Origin: a virus
DNA: 64,000 nucleotides
Virus record (IMG/VR): IMGVR_UViG_3300042197_002243
Direction: 5' to 3' (one strand)
Position 1 is the first letter of the stretch. The number at the start of each line of letters is the position of its first letter. This document shows, in pieces, positions 1 to 7,058 of this stretch. Made by a program: the position numbers and the translations under genes. Below the pieces are notes generated by a model, which made no database searches, was not told the origin of the DNA, and was given only the letters and a program-made list of their open reading frames with translations.

Positions 1-37
1 GGTTTCCAAGATATCTTAAGATACTTGCTTTAGACAT
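1..37 (-). CDS. 5' end of a small gene running off the window (MSKASILRYLGN...), possibly a membrane protein
   Basis: ATG at 37 with open frame to the window edge; LRYLGN resembles LRIVGN in the membrane protein at 28038-28295. Confidence 0.45.
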   Translation of the reverse strand, partial: MSKASILRYLGN

Positions 38-63
38 AAGGGGTTTGCTCCCGACCAGTGCTG

Positions 64-306
64 TTATAGACCATCCGTGTCTTCTTCATCTTTTATATAG
101 CAAGGTACACCTTCAGGATCAAGCCATTTGGTGTATTCAAAATCTTCCATAGCAGTTGTCAATTGCATTCCGTTATCACATAAGTACATATCAGAATAAC
201 GCTTAGTCCAACTATCTGCTTTTTGAATGCGATAGTCGGGGAACCCGTTGTCTAAGATTCCCGATTCTATGTAACGATAAGGAAATCGTTCAAGAATAAT
301 CTTCAT
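64..306 (-). CDS. hypothetical protein (80 aa)
   Basis: ORF track; start overlaps the upstream stop (ATGA). Confidence 0.75.
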   Translation of the reverse strand: MKIILERFPYRYIESGILDNGFPDYRIQKADSWTKRYSDMYLCDNGMQLTTAMEDFEYTKWLDPEGVPCYIKDEEDTDGL

Positions 307-518
307 GCAACCTCAACAGATTCAAGATCATTATAAACATATTCCATGAGCATCTCATAGTCATCCAAAGGATCACCAGAAAATACTACACCTTCGCTTT
401 CATAGTAACGACGAATCTTTTTATAAAGTTTCGGATTCTTTACATCAAGATAGTAATCGCCGTTAGCAGCGCCGCGAAGAGTCTGAATGTCTTTCTTGAA
501 TTTGGAAACGATAGTCAT
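303..518 (-). CDS. hypothetical protein (71 aa)
   Basis: ORF track; preceded by a sigma70-type promoter. Confidence 0.75.
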   Translation of the reverse strand: MTIVSKFKKDIQTLRGAANGDYYLDVKNPKLYKKIRRYYESEGVVFSGDPLDDYEMLMEYVYNDLESVEVA

Positions 519-540
519 TGTTTTGAATGTTGACCTTGAT

Positions 541-570
541 ATTATACTGGTTTGATGAAGGTTCTGTCAA
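541..570 (-). promoter_or_regulatory. sigma70-type early promoter
   Basis: TTGACA-18 nt-TATAAT on the minus strand. Confidence 0.75.
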
Positions 571-2066
571 GTCTTTTCGTAAATCTGATCACCAACTACC
601 AGCACATCCAAATCAGTTGCAGAAAAAAGTTCCAAAGCATCATTTATTCTTCCACAAATTGGTTTTCCACCATTGTTTAATGAGGTATTTAAAAGCATTG
701 GAACTCCAGTAATAGTTTTAAATTTTTCAATTAAACTATAATAAGAAGATAAGTTTGAAGAAACGGTTTGTGTTCTACAAGTTCCATCTATATGAGTGAT
801 TGCTGGAAAACTTTGCTTGTTCAATATATTCATCACATAGAGCATATATGGAGAATGCCCATTCCAATCAAAATAATTTTGCGTTTCTTCTTCTAAAATT
901 GATGCACCAAAAGGTCTAAACCATTCACGATGCTTAACTCTCTGGTTAAGAATATCTTTTCCATTTTTAATTAAAGGATTCATTAAAATGCTACGATTTC
1001 CAAGAGCTCGAGATCCAACTTCGCCGTTTCCTTGATACCACCCAACAATCTTACCATTTGCTAAATGTTCTGCAGTTTTAGAAATAGTTTTTTCGGAAAC
1101 AATGGAATCTGGTGCTTCATCAAATTGCCAAAAAGGATATCCAGAATTATCAAATTTTTCTTGTTGAAAATATTTTCTAAGAAATTCAATAACTCCTAAA
1201 GATAATCCTTCATCATTGCAGTGTGGGGGAATATGAAGATTTGGAATATGTTTTTTAATTTTACTATTAATAATAGTATTTTGAGCAACTCCTCCGGAGT
1301 AACAGACTATATCATTTTGATTGGAATATTTTTTAAAATGTTCAACATAAATGTCTTCAGTTATCTCGTGACATATTTGAATATGATTATATTGACCCTG
1401 TTTTTCTAATTCTGGGATACATTGAGTATTCCACAATATATCTAAAAAATTTAGATTAAATCTCGAAAGTCTTGTTTTTTCCCGCTCAAGTTCTTCTGAG
1501 GAAATATTTCCATATCCCTTTAATGCCATAACTTTTCCAGCATGATCATACGAAGATCCCCCAATATTCAAACACAATGCAACCCTCGAAAGAATTATTC
1601 CAAAACTGGGGGAGAATGTTCTATCATATTTAAGTGTTCGTTCTTCTGATTTAAAAATACTGTGGGTAATAAAATCATCTCCAAATCCATCAAATACAAA
1701 TCCTATCGTGGGATCAATATCCAATGGCCATGAACTTAAAAAATGTGCATAGTGATGATCTACTCTAAAAACTGGACAATTGAATCCCATGTTTTTAAAT
1801 AAGGGAATATCAATTGTCTCATATAGTTTACTTTCATCACATTTCAAATGGGGATGCCTAAAACAATCGAGAACAATTCCTATCGCATCTATCTCAGAAG
1901 GATTGATATTCCAACTATCAATTATTCTTTTCCACTGATTAAGATCTTGAAATCCGTGATGTTTAATTTGATAATCTCTTTCCGATTTGTAATATTTTAC
2001 ATATTTTCCATTAGAATAAGAAATATTTGAATCGTGTTCACACAATCTCAGTCCAATAAATTTCAT
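567..2066 (-). CDS. carbamoyltransferase, NodU/CmcH/TobZ family
   Basis: Motifs HD, ER..KH, HHYAH, DGFGD, GKVMAL, GGVAQN, GSRALGNRSIL, KHREWFRPF, HIDGTCRTQTV, LNTSLN. Confidence 0.93.
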   Translation of the reverse strand: MKFIGLRLCEHDSNISYSNGKYVKYYKSERDYQIKHHGFQDLNQWKRIIDSWNINPSEIDAIGIVLDCFRHPHLKCDESKLYETIDIPLFKNMGFNCPVFRVDHHYAHFLSSWPLDIDPTIGFVFDGFGDDFITHSIFKSEERTLKYDRTFSPSFGIILSRVALCLNIGGSSYDHAGKVMALKGYGNISSEELEREKTRLSRFNLNFLDILWNTQCIPELEKQGQYNHIQICHEITEDIYVEHFKKYSNQNDIVCYSGGVAQNTIINSKIKKHIPNLHIPPHCNDEGLSLGVIEFLRKYFQQEKFDNSGYPFWQFDEAPDSIVSEKTISKTAEHLANGKIVGWYQGNGEVGSRALGNRSILMNPLIKNGKDILNQRVKHREWFRPFGASILEEETQNYFDWNGHSPYMLYVMNILNKQSFPAITHIDGTCRTQTVSSNLSSYYSLIEKFKTITGVPMLLNTSLNNGGKPICGRINDALELFSATDLDVLVVGDQIYEKT

Positions 2067-2097
2067 AAGTGTTTAAATTCTAAACGTATTTATTACA

Positions 2098-2170
2098 TGC
2101 TCCTTGAGGGGATTGAACCCACCTTAGCCGAATTATGAGTTCGGTGCATTCACCAGATTGCTAAAGGAGC
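2098..2170 (-). tRNA. tRNA with CAU anticodon (elongator Met or Ile2; not initiator-like)
   Basis: GCTCCTT/AAGGAGC acceptor stem, CCGAA-CTCATAA-TTCGG anticodon arm, GTTCAA T-loop; G1-C72 paired. Confidence 0.88.
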
Positions 2171-2173
2171 ATT

Positions 2174-2257
2174 TTGGGCGAGGGTGTCTGACCACGATAA
2201 TCTACGATTCAGCAGAGGGGACCCTTCGTTTAATACAACGTTCCTTGTTGCACCCAA
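2174..2257 (-). ncRNA. candidate structured ncRNA between two tRNAs
   Basis: GC-rich, closing stem UUGGGUG/CGCCCAA, internal CAAC/GUUG, AGGGU/ACCCU, UCUG/CAGA; not a cloverleaf. Confidence 0.45.
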
Positions 2258-2329
2258 TAGGAACACTGGGAGTTGAACCCAGACTAACCCGTTATAAGCA
2301 GGCCGCTCTAACCATTAAGCTATGCTCCC
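2258..2329 (-). tRNA. tRNA-Ile(UAU)
   Basis: GGGAGCATAGCTTAATGGTTAGAGC... anticodon loop CT-TAT-AA, T-loop GTTCAAC. Confidence 0.9.
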
Positions 2330-2330
2330 A

Positions 2331-2552
2331 CTACGATCCCTCTTCGTGATCGGTGTGGATGCGTATGATTTCTGAATCCACTTTAGATTCTTCAAATATT
2401 TCTATGACTTCCTTATAAGGAACCATAACCGCGTTTCCATGCTCGCTTGTTATGATAAACGATTCTCCATTTTCTACTCTAGACATTAGATTATCAAAAT
2501 CTGCTTGAAAATCTTCTACTGTGTACGTTTGAAGTTCGTGATTCATTTTCAT
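2331..2552 (-). CDS. Phd/YefM-like antitoxin domain protein (73 aa; start trimmed to avoid tRNA-Pro)
   Basis: TYTVEDFQADFDNLMSRVENGESFIITSEHGNAVMVP fits the Phd/YefM N-terminal pattern; acidic C-terminal tail. Confidence 0.6.
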   Translation of the reverse strand: MKMNHELQTYTVEDFQADFDNLMSRVENGESFIITSEHGNAVMVPYKEVIEIFEESKVDSEIIRIHTDHEEGS

Positions 2553-2565
2553 AAGTAAATTAATA

Positions 2566-2637
2566 TCGGGGCGACAGGGATCGAACCTGTGACCTCTGGT
2601 TCCCAAAACCAGCATTCTACCGCTGAACTACGCCCCG
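2566..2637 (-). tRNA. tRNA-Pro(UGG)
   Basis: CGGGGCGTAGTTCAGCGGTAGAA... CTGGT-TTTGGGA-ACCAG, GTTCGAT. Confidence 0.93.
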
Positions 2638-2661
2638 TTGTCTTTTCTTGAATGTACGACC

Positions 2662-2690
2662 ATTATACCCAAGATAGGGACCATTGTCAA
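2662..2690 (-). promoter_or_regulatory. sigma70 consensus promoter for the tRNA-Pro/antitoxin/tRNA-Ile unit
   Basis: TTGACA-17-TATAAT. Confidence 0.85.
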
Positions 2691-2734
2691 CAGATAGCAA
2701 AGTGTTCCCAGGAATATATCATTATTTAACAAAG

Positions 2735-2938
2735 TTACGACAAGGTGATTTTGAGCCATGGCAGTAATGGTGGAATGACACCTATGAGTCTGAGGAGACC
2801 TTCAGCAAATAAAGCAAGAACGACCCAACCAACACACATAGAAATAATTGCGGCATTGCGGTTGTGCTGACGAATTGCATCATCGATCATCTCTTGTACT
2901 TCAGACCGACTTACAAGTTCATCTTGTTCTTGAATCAT
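2735..2938 (-). CDS. small membrane protein
   Basis: Hydrophobic C-terminal half AAIISMCVGWVVLALFAEGLL. Confidence 0.7.
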   Translation of the reverse strand: MIQEQDELVSRSEVQEMIDDAIRQHNRNAAIISMCVGWVVLALFAEGLLRLIGVIPPLLPWLKITLS

Positions 2939-3084
2939 TTTTCATCTCCAAGAAATTTTGCTAAGGGATCTCTTCTGGTTTTTATAATTTCAACTGCTCT
3001 TTTATAGAACATATTATCTGTATTACCAGAAGATTCAAAGGTTTCTTTGATCTTCACCCAATTATCATAGGTGTGTTGATCCAT
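2935..3084 (-). CDS. hypothetical protein (49 aa, MDQHTYDNWVKIKETFE...), below ORF-track cutoff
   Basis: Translated by hand; ATGA overlap with the downstream gene. Confidence 0.65.
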   Translation of the reverse strand: MDQHTYDNWVKIKETFESSGNTDNMFYKRAVEIIKTRRDPLAKFLGDEK

Positions 3085-3179
3085 GAGTTTGTAGTGATAA
3101 TACTACTATATACTAATCACTACAGTTCAAAAGTCAACCATTGTGTTCATTATGTAACACTGTTTAAGAAATTATTAAA

Positions 3180-4352
3180 TCACCAGAAATTTGTATAGGT
3201 ATCCTTAAACTCCATTTTTTGTCCCATCATACCAGCATGAACTTGAAGATAATCTTTATATCCAAAACATCCAATGTTGAAATATTCCCTTGAAGAGAAT
3301 TTTCTATCGTGCTGAAGAGCATCTTCATAATATTCTCGATTAGTAATATATGAAGTATTCATTAATTCTTGTGATCTTTTTACAACATCACTCCAAAATG
3401 AGGATTTGTATTTAGACCCATAACTGTAATGCCATGCAAGAGATAATTGATAGTTAAACATTTCTTTGTAATATAGTTGATTATATTTGACATAGTTTTC
3501 ATGCTTCCTGTCACCGATAAAAGAACAAATAAAATCCGCAAACATTGCGTAATAGTGTAATGATAAAGCTTGTAAAGGTTCTAAAAACATTAGTCGGTTT
3601 CCATTATAAGAACAAAAACGATTTTGAATCATTTTTTTACAATATTTTGGATCCCAAGATATGTGTTTTACATTTTCATATCCAATACTTTTTCTTGCAT
3701 CTTCAATACTTGTAAATTTTGAATTAAAAAGATATCCGTGTTTGATTAAGTTTCTATCTGGAAATGGAAGACCAAATTGCCAACCATCAATCGTCGCTAA
3801 ATGATGTGTGTATGGTTGACTACTGAAACATTCTTTAGAATAAACAAGTGCATTGTTCACCGTTTCAAAAATTGGTTTTCTATATTCATCTCCTCTATCC
3901 CATCCAGAACAACAAATTAAGTGATCATAAGAAATATCATTAATAATAATTTCTTCCAAATCTAAATTGACATCATATTTTTCAATTTTAAAAGCATGAT
4001 ATTTTACTCCACGTTTTTCTAAAATGTCATGAATAAATTTATTAAATGTGCCGCTTTCAAAATGAAAAGCTACAAAGTTACCATTAAAATAATGTCGGAA
4101 AGTATTTCCTATTCCCCATCCGTCAAATAATATACCATTTTTAAGTGAAACAATATTTTCATCTATTAAATCGCCTATTGAGATATTTAATGTTTCTTTA
4201 ATTATTCTTGCAATATGTGGAGTTGTAGATTCACCAACGTTTAAATGAGGTTTATTTGGATCAAAATATATTTCAACATCATAACCATTTTTAATACACA
4301 CAAGGGATGTAATAATTGCGGATGTCCCTTTACCTAAAATTGCTATTTTCAT
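3180..4352 (-). CDS. flavin-dependent halogenase, tryptophan halogenase (PrnA)-like
   Basis: N-terminal GKGTSA Rossmann motif, VGESTTP, K in SLKNGILFDGW, WQFGLP (WxWxIP variant), FLEPLQA. Confidence 0.85.
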   Translation of the reverse strand: MKIAILGKGTSAIITSLVCIKNGYDVEIYFDPNKPHLNVGESTTPHIARIIKETLNISIGDLIDENIVSLKNGILFDGWGIGNTFRHYFNGNFVAFHFESGTFNKFIHDILEKRGVKYHAFKIEKYDVNLDLEEIIINDISYDHLICCSGWDRGDEYRKPIFETVNNALVYSKECFSSQPYTHHLATIDGWQFGLPFPDRNLIKHGYLFNSKFTSIEDARKSIGYENVKHISWDPKYCKKMIQNRFCSYNGNRLMFLEPLQALSLHYYAMFADFICSFIGDRKHENYVKYNQLYYKEMFNYQLSLAWHYSYGSKYKSSFWSDVVKRSQELMNTSYITNREYYEDALQHDRKFSSREYFNIGCFGYKDYLQVHAGMMGQKMEFKDTYTNFW

Positions 4353-4369
4353 TTGACACTACTTATAAA

Positions 4370-4454
4370 CGGAAGGGGTGGGATTCGAACCCACGGATGC
4401 TTGCACATCGCTAGTTTTCAAGACTAGAGCCTTCAACCACTCGACCACCCTTCC
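4370..4454 (-). tRNA. tRNA-Ser(UGA)
   Basis: GGAAGGGTGGTCGAGTGG... CTAGT-CTTGAAA-ACTAG, long variable arm, GTTCGAATC. Confidence 0.95.
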
Positions 4455-4459
4455 AATAT

Positions 4460-4708
4460 TTAACGAACGTCAAATTCGAGTTTACGAACTTTACGCTGTC
4501 TCCTTGCCTCCTGAAAGGCAAGATCTTGGGATGAAAGAATACCAGATTGTTTTTTCTGGTTATGTGATTCTACCACAACTATTTGAGATAAGTCAATCGC
4601 AGAGATCTTGTCCTCTTTCACTGACATCTGATTTGGGCAACCGCAAACCTGTAGTTTGGATGTACCAATCAATTCTTTGTTGCAGCATTTGCATCTGACT
4701 ACTAACAT
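4460..4708 (-). CDS. small Zn-ribbon-like hypothetical protein
   Basis: CKCC...CGC motif, basic C-terminus. Confidence 0.65.
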   Translation of the reverse strand: MLVVRCKCCNKELIGTSKLQVCGCPNQMSVKEDKISAIDLSQIVVVESHNQKKQSGILSSQDLAFQEARRQRKVRKLEFDVR

Positions 4709-4808
4709 GATCCAATTTACCTTTAATCTCTTCTAATTCTTCGTGAATATCTTGATGATGAAACCTCAAGGGTCCCTGAATAAGTTTACTAATAGTTTTC
4801 TTTTTCAT
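4593..4808 (-). CDS. coiled-coil hypothetical protein (71 aa), overlapping the downstream gene
   Basis: ATGA coupling to the dps stop; heptad pattern IHEELEEIKGKLDHVSSQMQMLQQRI. Confidence 0.45.
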   Translation of the reverse strand: MKKKTISKLIQGPLRFHHQDIHEELEEIKGKLDHVSSQMQMLQQRIDWYIQTTGLRLPKSDVSERGQDLCD

Positions 4809-5242
4809 TCTTTTAAAAAGGAACGTAACATCCAAACATTTTTACCATGTGCTTCCATTAAATCTTGAACTAGATTTGCTGTAGCATATTGTCTTTGTTT
4901 TTCCGACTCTTCTGAAATTTTAGCACACATTTCACAAAATGTCTTGTTATCAGCAAGCAATTGACTGACCATCGATTCTGCAGTTGATGAAGTTTTTGCC
5001 TCAGGAATTTCCGAAGTTTCAACAACCATACTAATTGGACCTATGGCTTTCATGCGAAGATAACGCATATGTTCTGTAAGGCGATCAATTTCCTCAAACA
5101 TTGTTTCATATTGCTTACCAAATATTTTATGTAGTTGATAGAAATCAGATCCCACCACGTTCCAATGATAAACCCAGGTTTTCTGAAATAAACAGAAAAG
5201 ACTTGTTTGTGCTTTATGAAGAAGTTCGTATAACTCGTCCAT
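4805..5242 (-). CDS. dps: Dps family ferritin-like protein
   Basis: HWNVVGSDFYQLHKIF...EIDRLTEH ferroxidase signature, C-terminal WMLRS. Confidence 0.92.
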   Translation of the reverse strand: MDELYELLHKAQTSLFCLFQKTWVYHWNVVGSDFYQLHKIFGKQYETMFEEIDRLTEHMRYLRMKAIGPISMVVETSEIPEAKTSSTAESMVSQLLADNKTFCEMCAKISEESEKQRQYATANLVQDLMEAHGKNVWMLRSFLKE

Positions 5243-5255
5243 TATCTTTTTGAAG

Positions 5256-5263
5256 TATTTATA
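5256..5263 (-). promoter_or_regulatory. T4-type late promoter for dps
   Basis: TATAAATA. Confidence 0.7.
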
Positions 5264-5265
5264 AG

Positions 5266-5338
5266 TGGGAGCAGAGGGATTCGAACCCCCGACATTCTGC
5301 GTGTAAAGCAGACGCTGCTACCGCTGAGCTATGCTCCC
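5266..5338 (-). tRNA. tRNA-Val(UAC)
   Basis: TCTGC-TTTACAC-GCAGA anticodon arm, GTTCGAATC. Confidence 0.93.
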
Positions 5339-5749
5339 ATATTTTGGATGATTTCCATTTTTATATCTTCCACCTTTACTTTTATTTGGAGGTTGAGTTT
5401 TTAGAGAATGACAATTTGGACATAAAACTTGCAAATTGTCTGGCGAATGATTAAATGGATTATCATCAATATGATCAATTTCAAGTGGAACTTTTCCTGT
5501 ATGAATATTAGTTCCAAACCACCCACATTTAGAGCACTTATGTTGTGCTGCTTCCATGAGGTAATTTCTTACATATTGAGATAAATTGTAAGAAGAACCT
5601 CCTGAAACTAAACCTTGTTTCCATTCAGCAATATACTGATTTCTAAAATGTTCTTGTTGGCACTTATTATTACAATACTTACCTCTTTTATGGTAAGGAT
5701 TATATTCAAATACCTTAGAGCAATTTAGACAGATCGCAGTTTGTTTCAT
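5318..5749 (-). CDS. HNH endonuclease (putative free-standing homing endonuclease)
   Basis: CSKCGW...LEIDHIDDNPFNHSPDNLQVLCPNCH; N-terminal CLNC/YCNNKC Zn motifs. Confidence 0.9.
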   Translation of the reverse strand: MKQTAICLNCSKVFEYNPYHKRGKYCNNKCQQEHFRNQYIAEWKQGLVSGGSSYNLSQYVRNYLMEAAQHKCSKCGWFGTNIHTGKVPLEIDHIDDNPFNHSPDNLQVLCPNCHSLKTQPPNKSKGGRYKNGNHPKYGSIAQR

Positions 5750-5753
5750 ATAT

Positions 5754-5792
5754 TTGGTAGAATACTTTTTTATTTATAAGGTATTCTACCAA
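5754..5792 (-). promoter_or_regulatory. translation-sequestering hairpin with late promoter in its loop
   Basis: 12-bp perfect inverted repeat TTGGTAGAATAC/GTATTCTACCAA; TATAAATA at 5771-5778 in the loop; 3' arm ends 4 nt before the HNH ATG. Confidence 0.75.
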
Positions 5793-5864
5793 CTCCCCCG
5801 GCAAGATTCGAACTTGCGACCCATTGATTAACAGTCAACTGCGCTACCGCTGCGCCACAGGGGA
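5793..5864 (-). tRNA. tRNA-Asn(GUU)
   Basis: GTTGA-CTGTTAA-TCAAT, GTTCGAATC. Confidence 0.93.
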
Positions 5865-5871
5865 ATTTAGG

Positions 5872-5942
5872 AGCGGGTAACCGGGTTCGAACCGGTGATT
5901 CCAACTTGGAAGGATGGCGTGTTACCGCTACACCATACCCGC
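5872..5942 (-). tRNA. tRNA-Gly(UCC)
   Basis: GCGGGTATGGTGTAGCGGTAACAC... CT-TCC-AA, U73. Confidence 0.92.
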
Positions 5943-5952
5943 TTATGAGACA

Positions 5953-5981
5953 ATTATAGAGTAATTGAGTATAATTGTCAA
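5953..5981 (-). promoter_or_regulatory. sigma70 consensus promoter for tRNA-Gly/Asn
   Basis: TTGACA-17-TATAAT, framed by a 10-bp inverted repeat. Confidence 0.85.
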
Positions 5982-6055
5982 CAGGTCCAGCAGGACTCGA
6001 ACCTGCGACACACAGCTTAGAAGGCTGTTGTTCTATCCATCTGAACTATGGACCC
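5982..6055 (-). tRNA. tRNA-Arg(UCU)
   Basis: ACAGC-CTTCTAA-GCTGT, GTTCGAGTC. Confidence 0.93.
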
Positions 6056-6074
6056 TAACGACTTTCTTATTATA

Positions 6075-6488
6075 CTAGTCCTTGGGGCAGTCGTCAACCC
6101 ATATAGAACAGATTCTCATTGGTGGTGCAAGTGCTTTACATTCATCAGTGTAACACACAGATTCATCATTTTTTTCTTCCACATATTTTTGTTTATATTT
6201 GCGAGCATAATCGGAAATAATCCGATCATACTCTGGTGTGACATCACGAATCGCTCTATCAACATCCCGCTTGATTCTACGTTCTACTTTGTCAGAATCT
6301 TGAATAAAAATCTCATTGAGAATAGTTTGCGGGAAATACTTTCTCTGAATCTCATCCAATAAGTCCCAAAGTCCATTTTCTGATGCTCCAGTACATTGTG
6401 AGAGTGTTGCAATTATACTTGATAACACTACACTAAGTATAAGTAATTGCTTTTTATCTGGTTTCTTTTTACCAAAATTGAAGTTCAT
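6075..6488 (-). CDS. hypothetical protein with N-terminal signal/anchor helix
   Basis: KKKPDKKQ followed by hydrophobic LLILSVVLSSIIATL; Cys-rich C-terminus. Confidence 0.7.
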   Translation of the reverse strand: MNFNFGKKKPDKKQLLILSVVLSSIIATLSQCTGASENGLWDLLDEIQRKYFPQTILNEIFIQDSDKVERRIKRDVDRAIRDVTPEYDRIISDYARKYKQKYVEEKNDESVCYTDECKALAPPMRICSIWVDDCPKD

Positions 6489-6654
6489 CTTCTAGACCTT
6501 CAAGATAAATTTTTAGAGCCTTTTCTAATTCTTCCTCAGTTAAATTTGGCTCGTAATGTAAGTATGTATCAAGAGTAATTTTACAACGAGTCTTAAGTTG
6601 ATTATCACTCGACCAACTTAAAAGTTTTGATACAACCTTTGCTGAGATTGACAT
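6469..6654 (-). CDS. hypothetical protein (61 aa)
   Basis: ORF track, start trimmed to ATG at 6654. Confidence 0.55.
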   Translation of the reverse strand: MSISAKVVSKLLSWSSDNQLKTRCKITLDTYLHYEPNLTEEELEKALKIYLEGLEDELQFW

Positions 6655-6680
6655 AAGAAAGGGGAGAACCTGCCTCCCCA
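6655..6680 (-). terminator. intrinsic terminator-like hairpin after rlpA
   Basis: GGGGAG-gcaggtt-CTCCCC followed by TTTCTT. Confidence 0.5.
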
Positions 6681-6695
6681 ATATTTATTATTCAA

Positions 6696-7058
6696 TTAGA
6701 CTCGTGAATAACATACGTTAGCAACGCCTCGACCTGGGTGAGAAATGGAAGAGAATGCACCATAAGACAAGTCAAGATCTCGTCCGCCAACGTAAGGGCC
6801 ACGATCATTTACACGCACAATTACAGATTTGCCATTTGATTGATTCGTTACTCGCAATTTAGTACCAAAAGGCAACCATCGATGTGCTACTGATTTTCCA
6901 TAAGCATTGTATCTTTCTCCATTAGCAGTTGTCTGCCCATGATATCCGTCACCAATACCATAATGTGATGCGAGGGAACATCCGCTCGCTGCCTTTGCTT
7001 GAAGGGGTGCCAGTCCTGTAACAGCAAAAGCAAGAATTGAAAGTGTTTTAAAAAGCAT
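6696..7058 (-). CDS. rlpA: RlpA-like lytic transglycosylase (double-psi beta-barrel) with signal peptide
   Basis: ASHYG...TANGERY...AHRWLPFGTKLRVTN...VRVNDRGPY...DLDLS. Confidence 0.92.
   Translation of the reverse strand: MLFKTLSILAFAVTGLAPLQAKAASGCSLASHYGIGDGYHGQTTANGERYNAYGKSVAHRWLPFGTKLRVTNQSNGKSVIVRVNDRGPYVGGRDLDLSYGAFSSISHPGRGVANVCYSRV

Noticed and set aside
2174-2257. Theta/HDV-like ribozyme or degenerate tRNA
   Set aside because: Position 3' of a tRNA fits, but I could not build the nested double pseudoknot or a cloverleaf by eye; kept as unknown ncRNA
2553-2615. N-terminal extension of the antitoxin-like ORF
   Set aside because: Lies within tRNA-Pro
4378-4698. Plus-strand 106-aa ORF (also 2158-2349)
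   Set aside because: Antisense to tRNA genes and real CDSs
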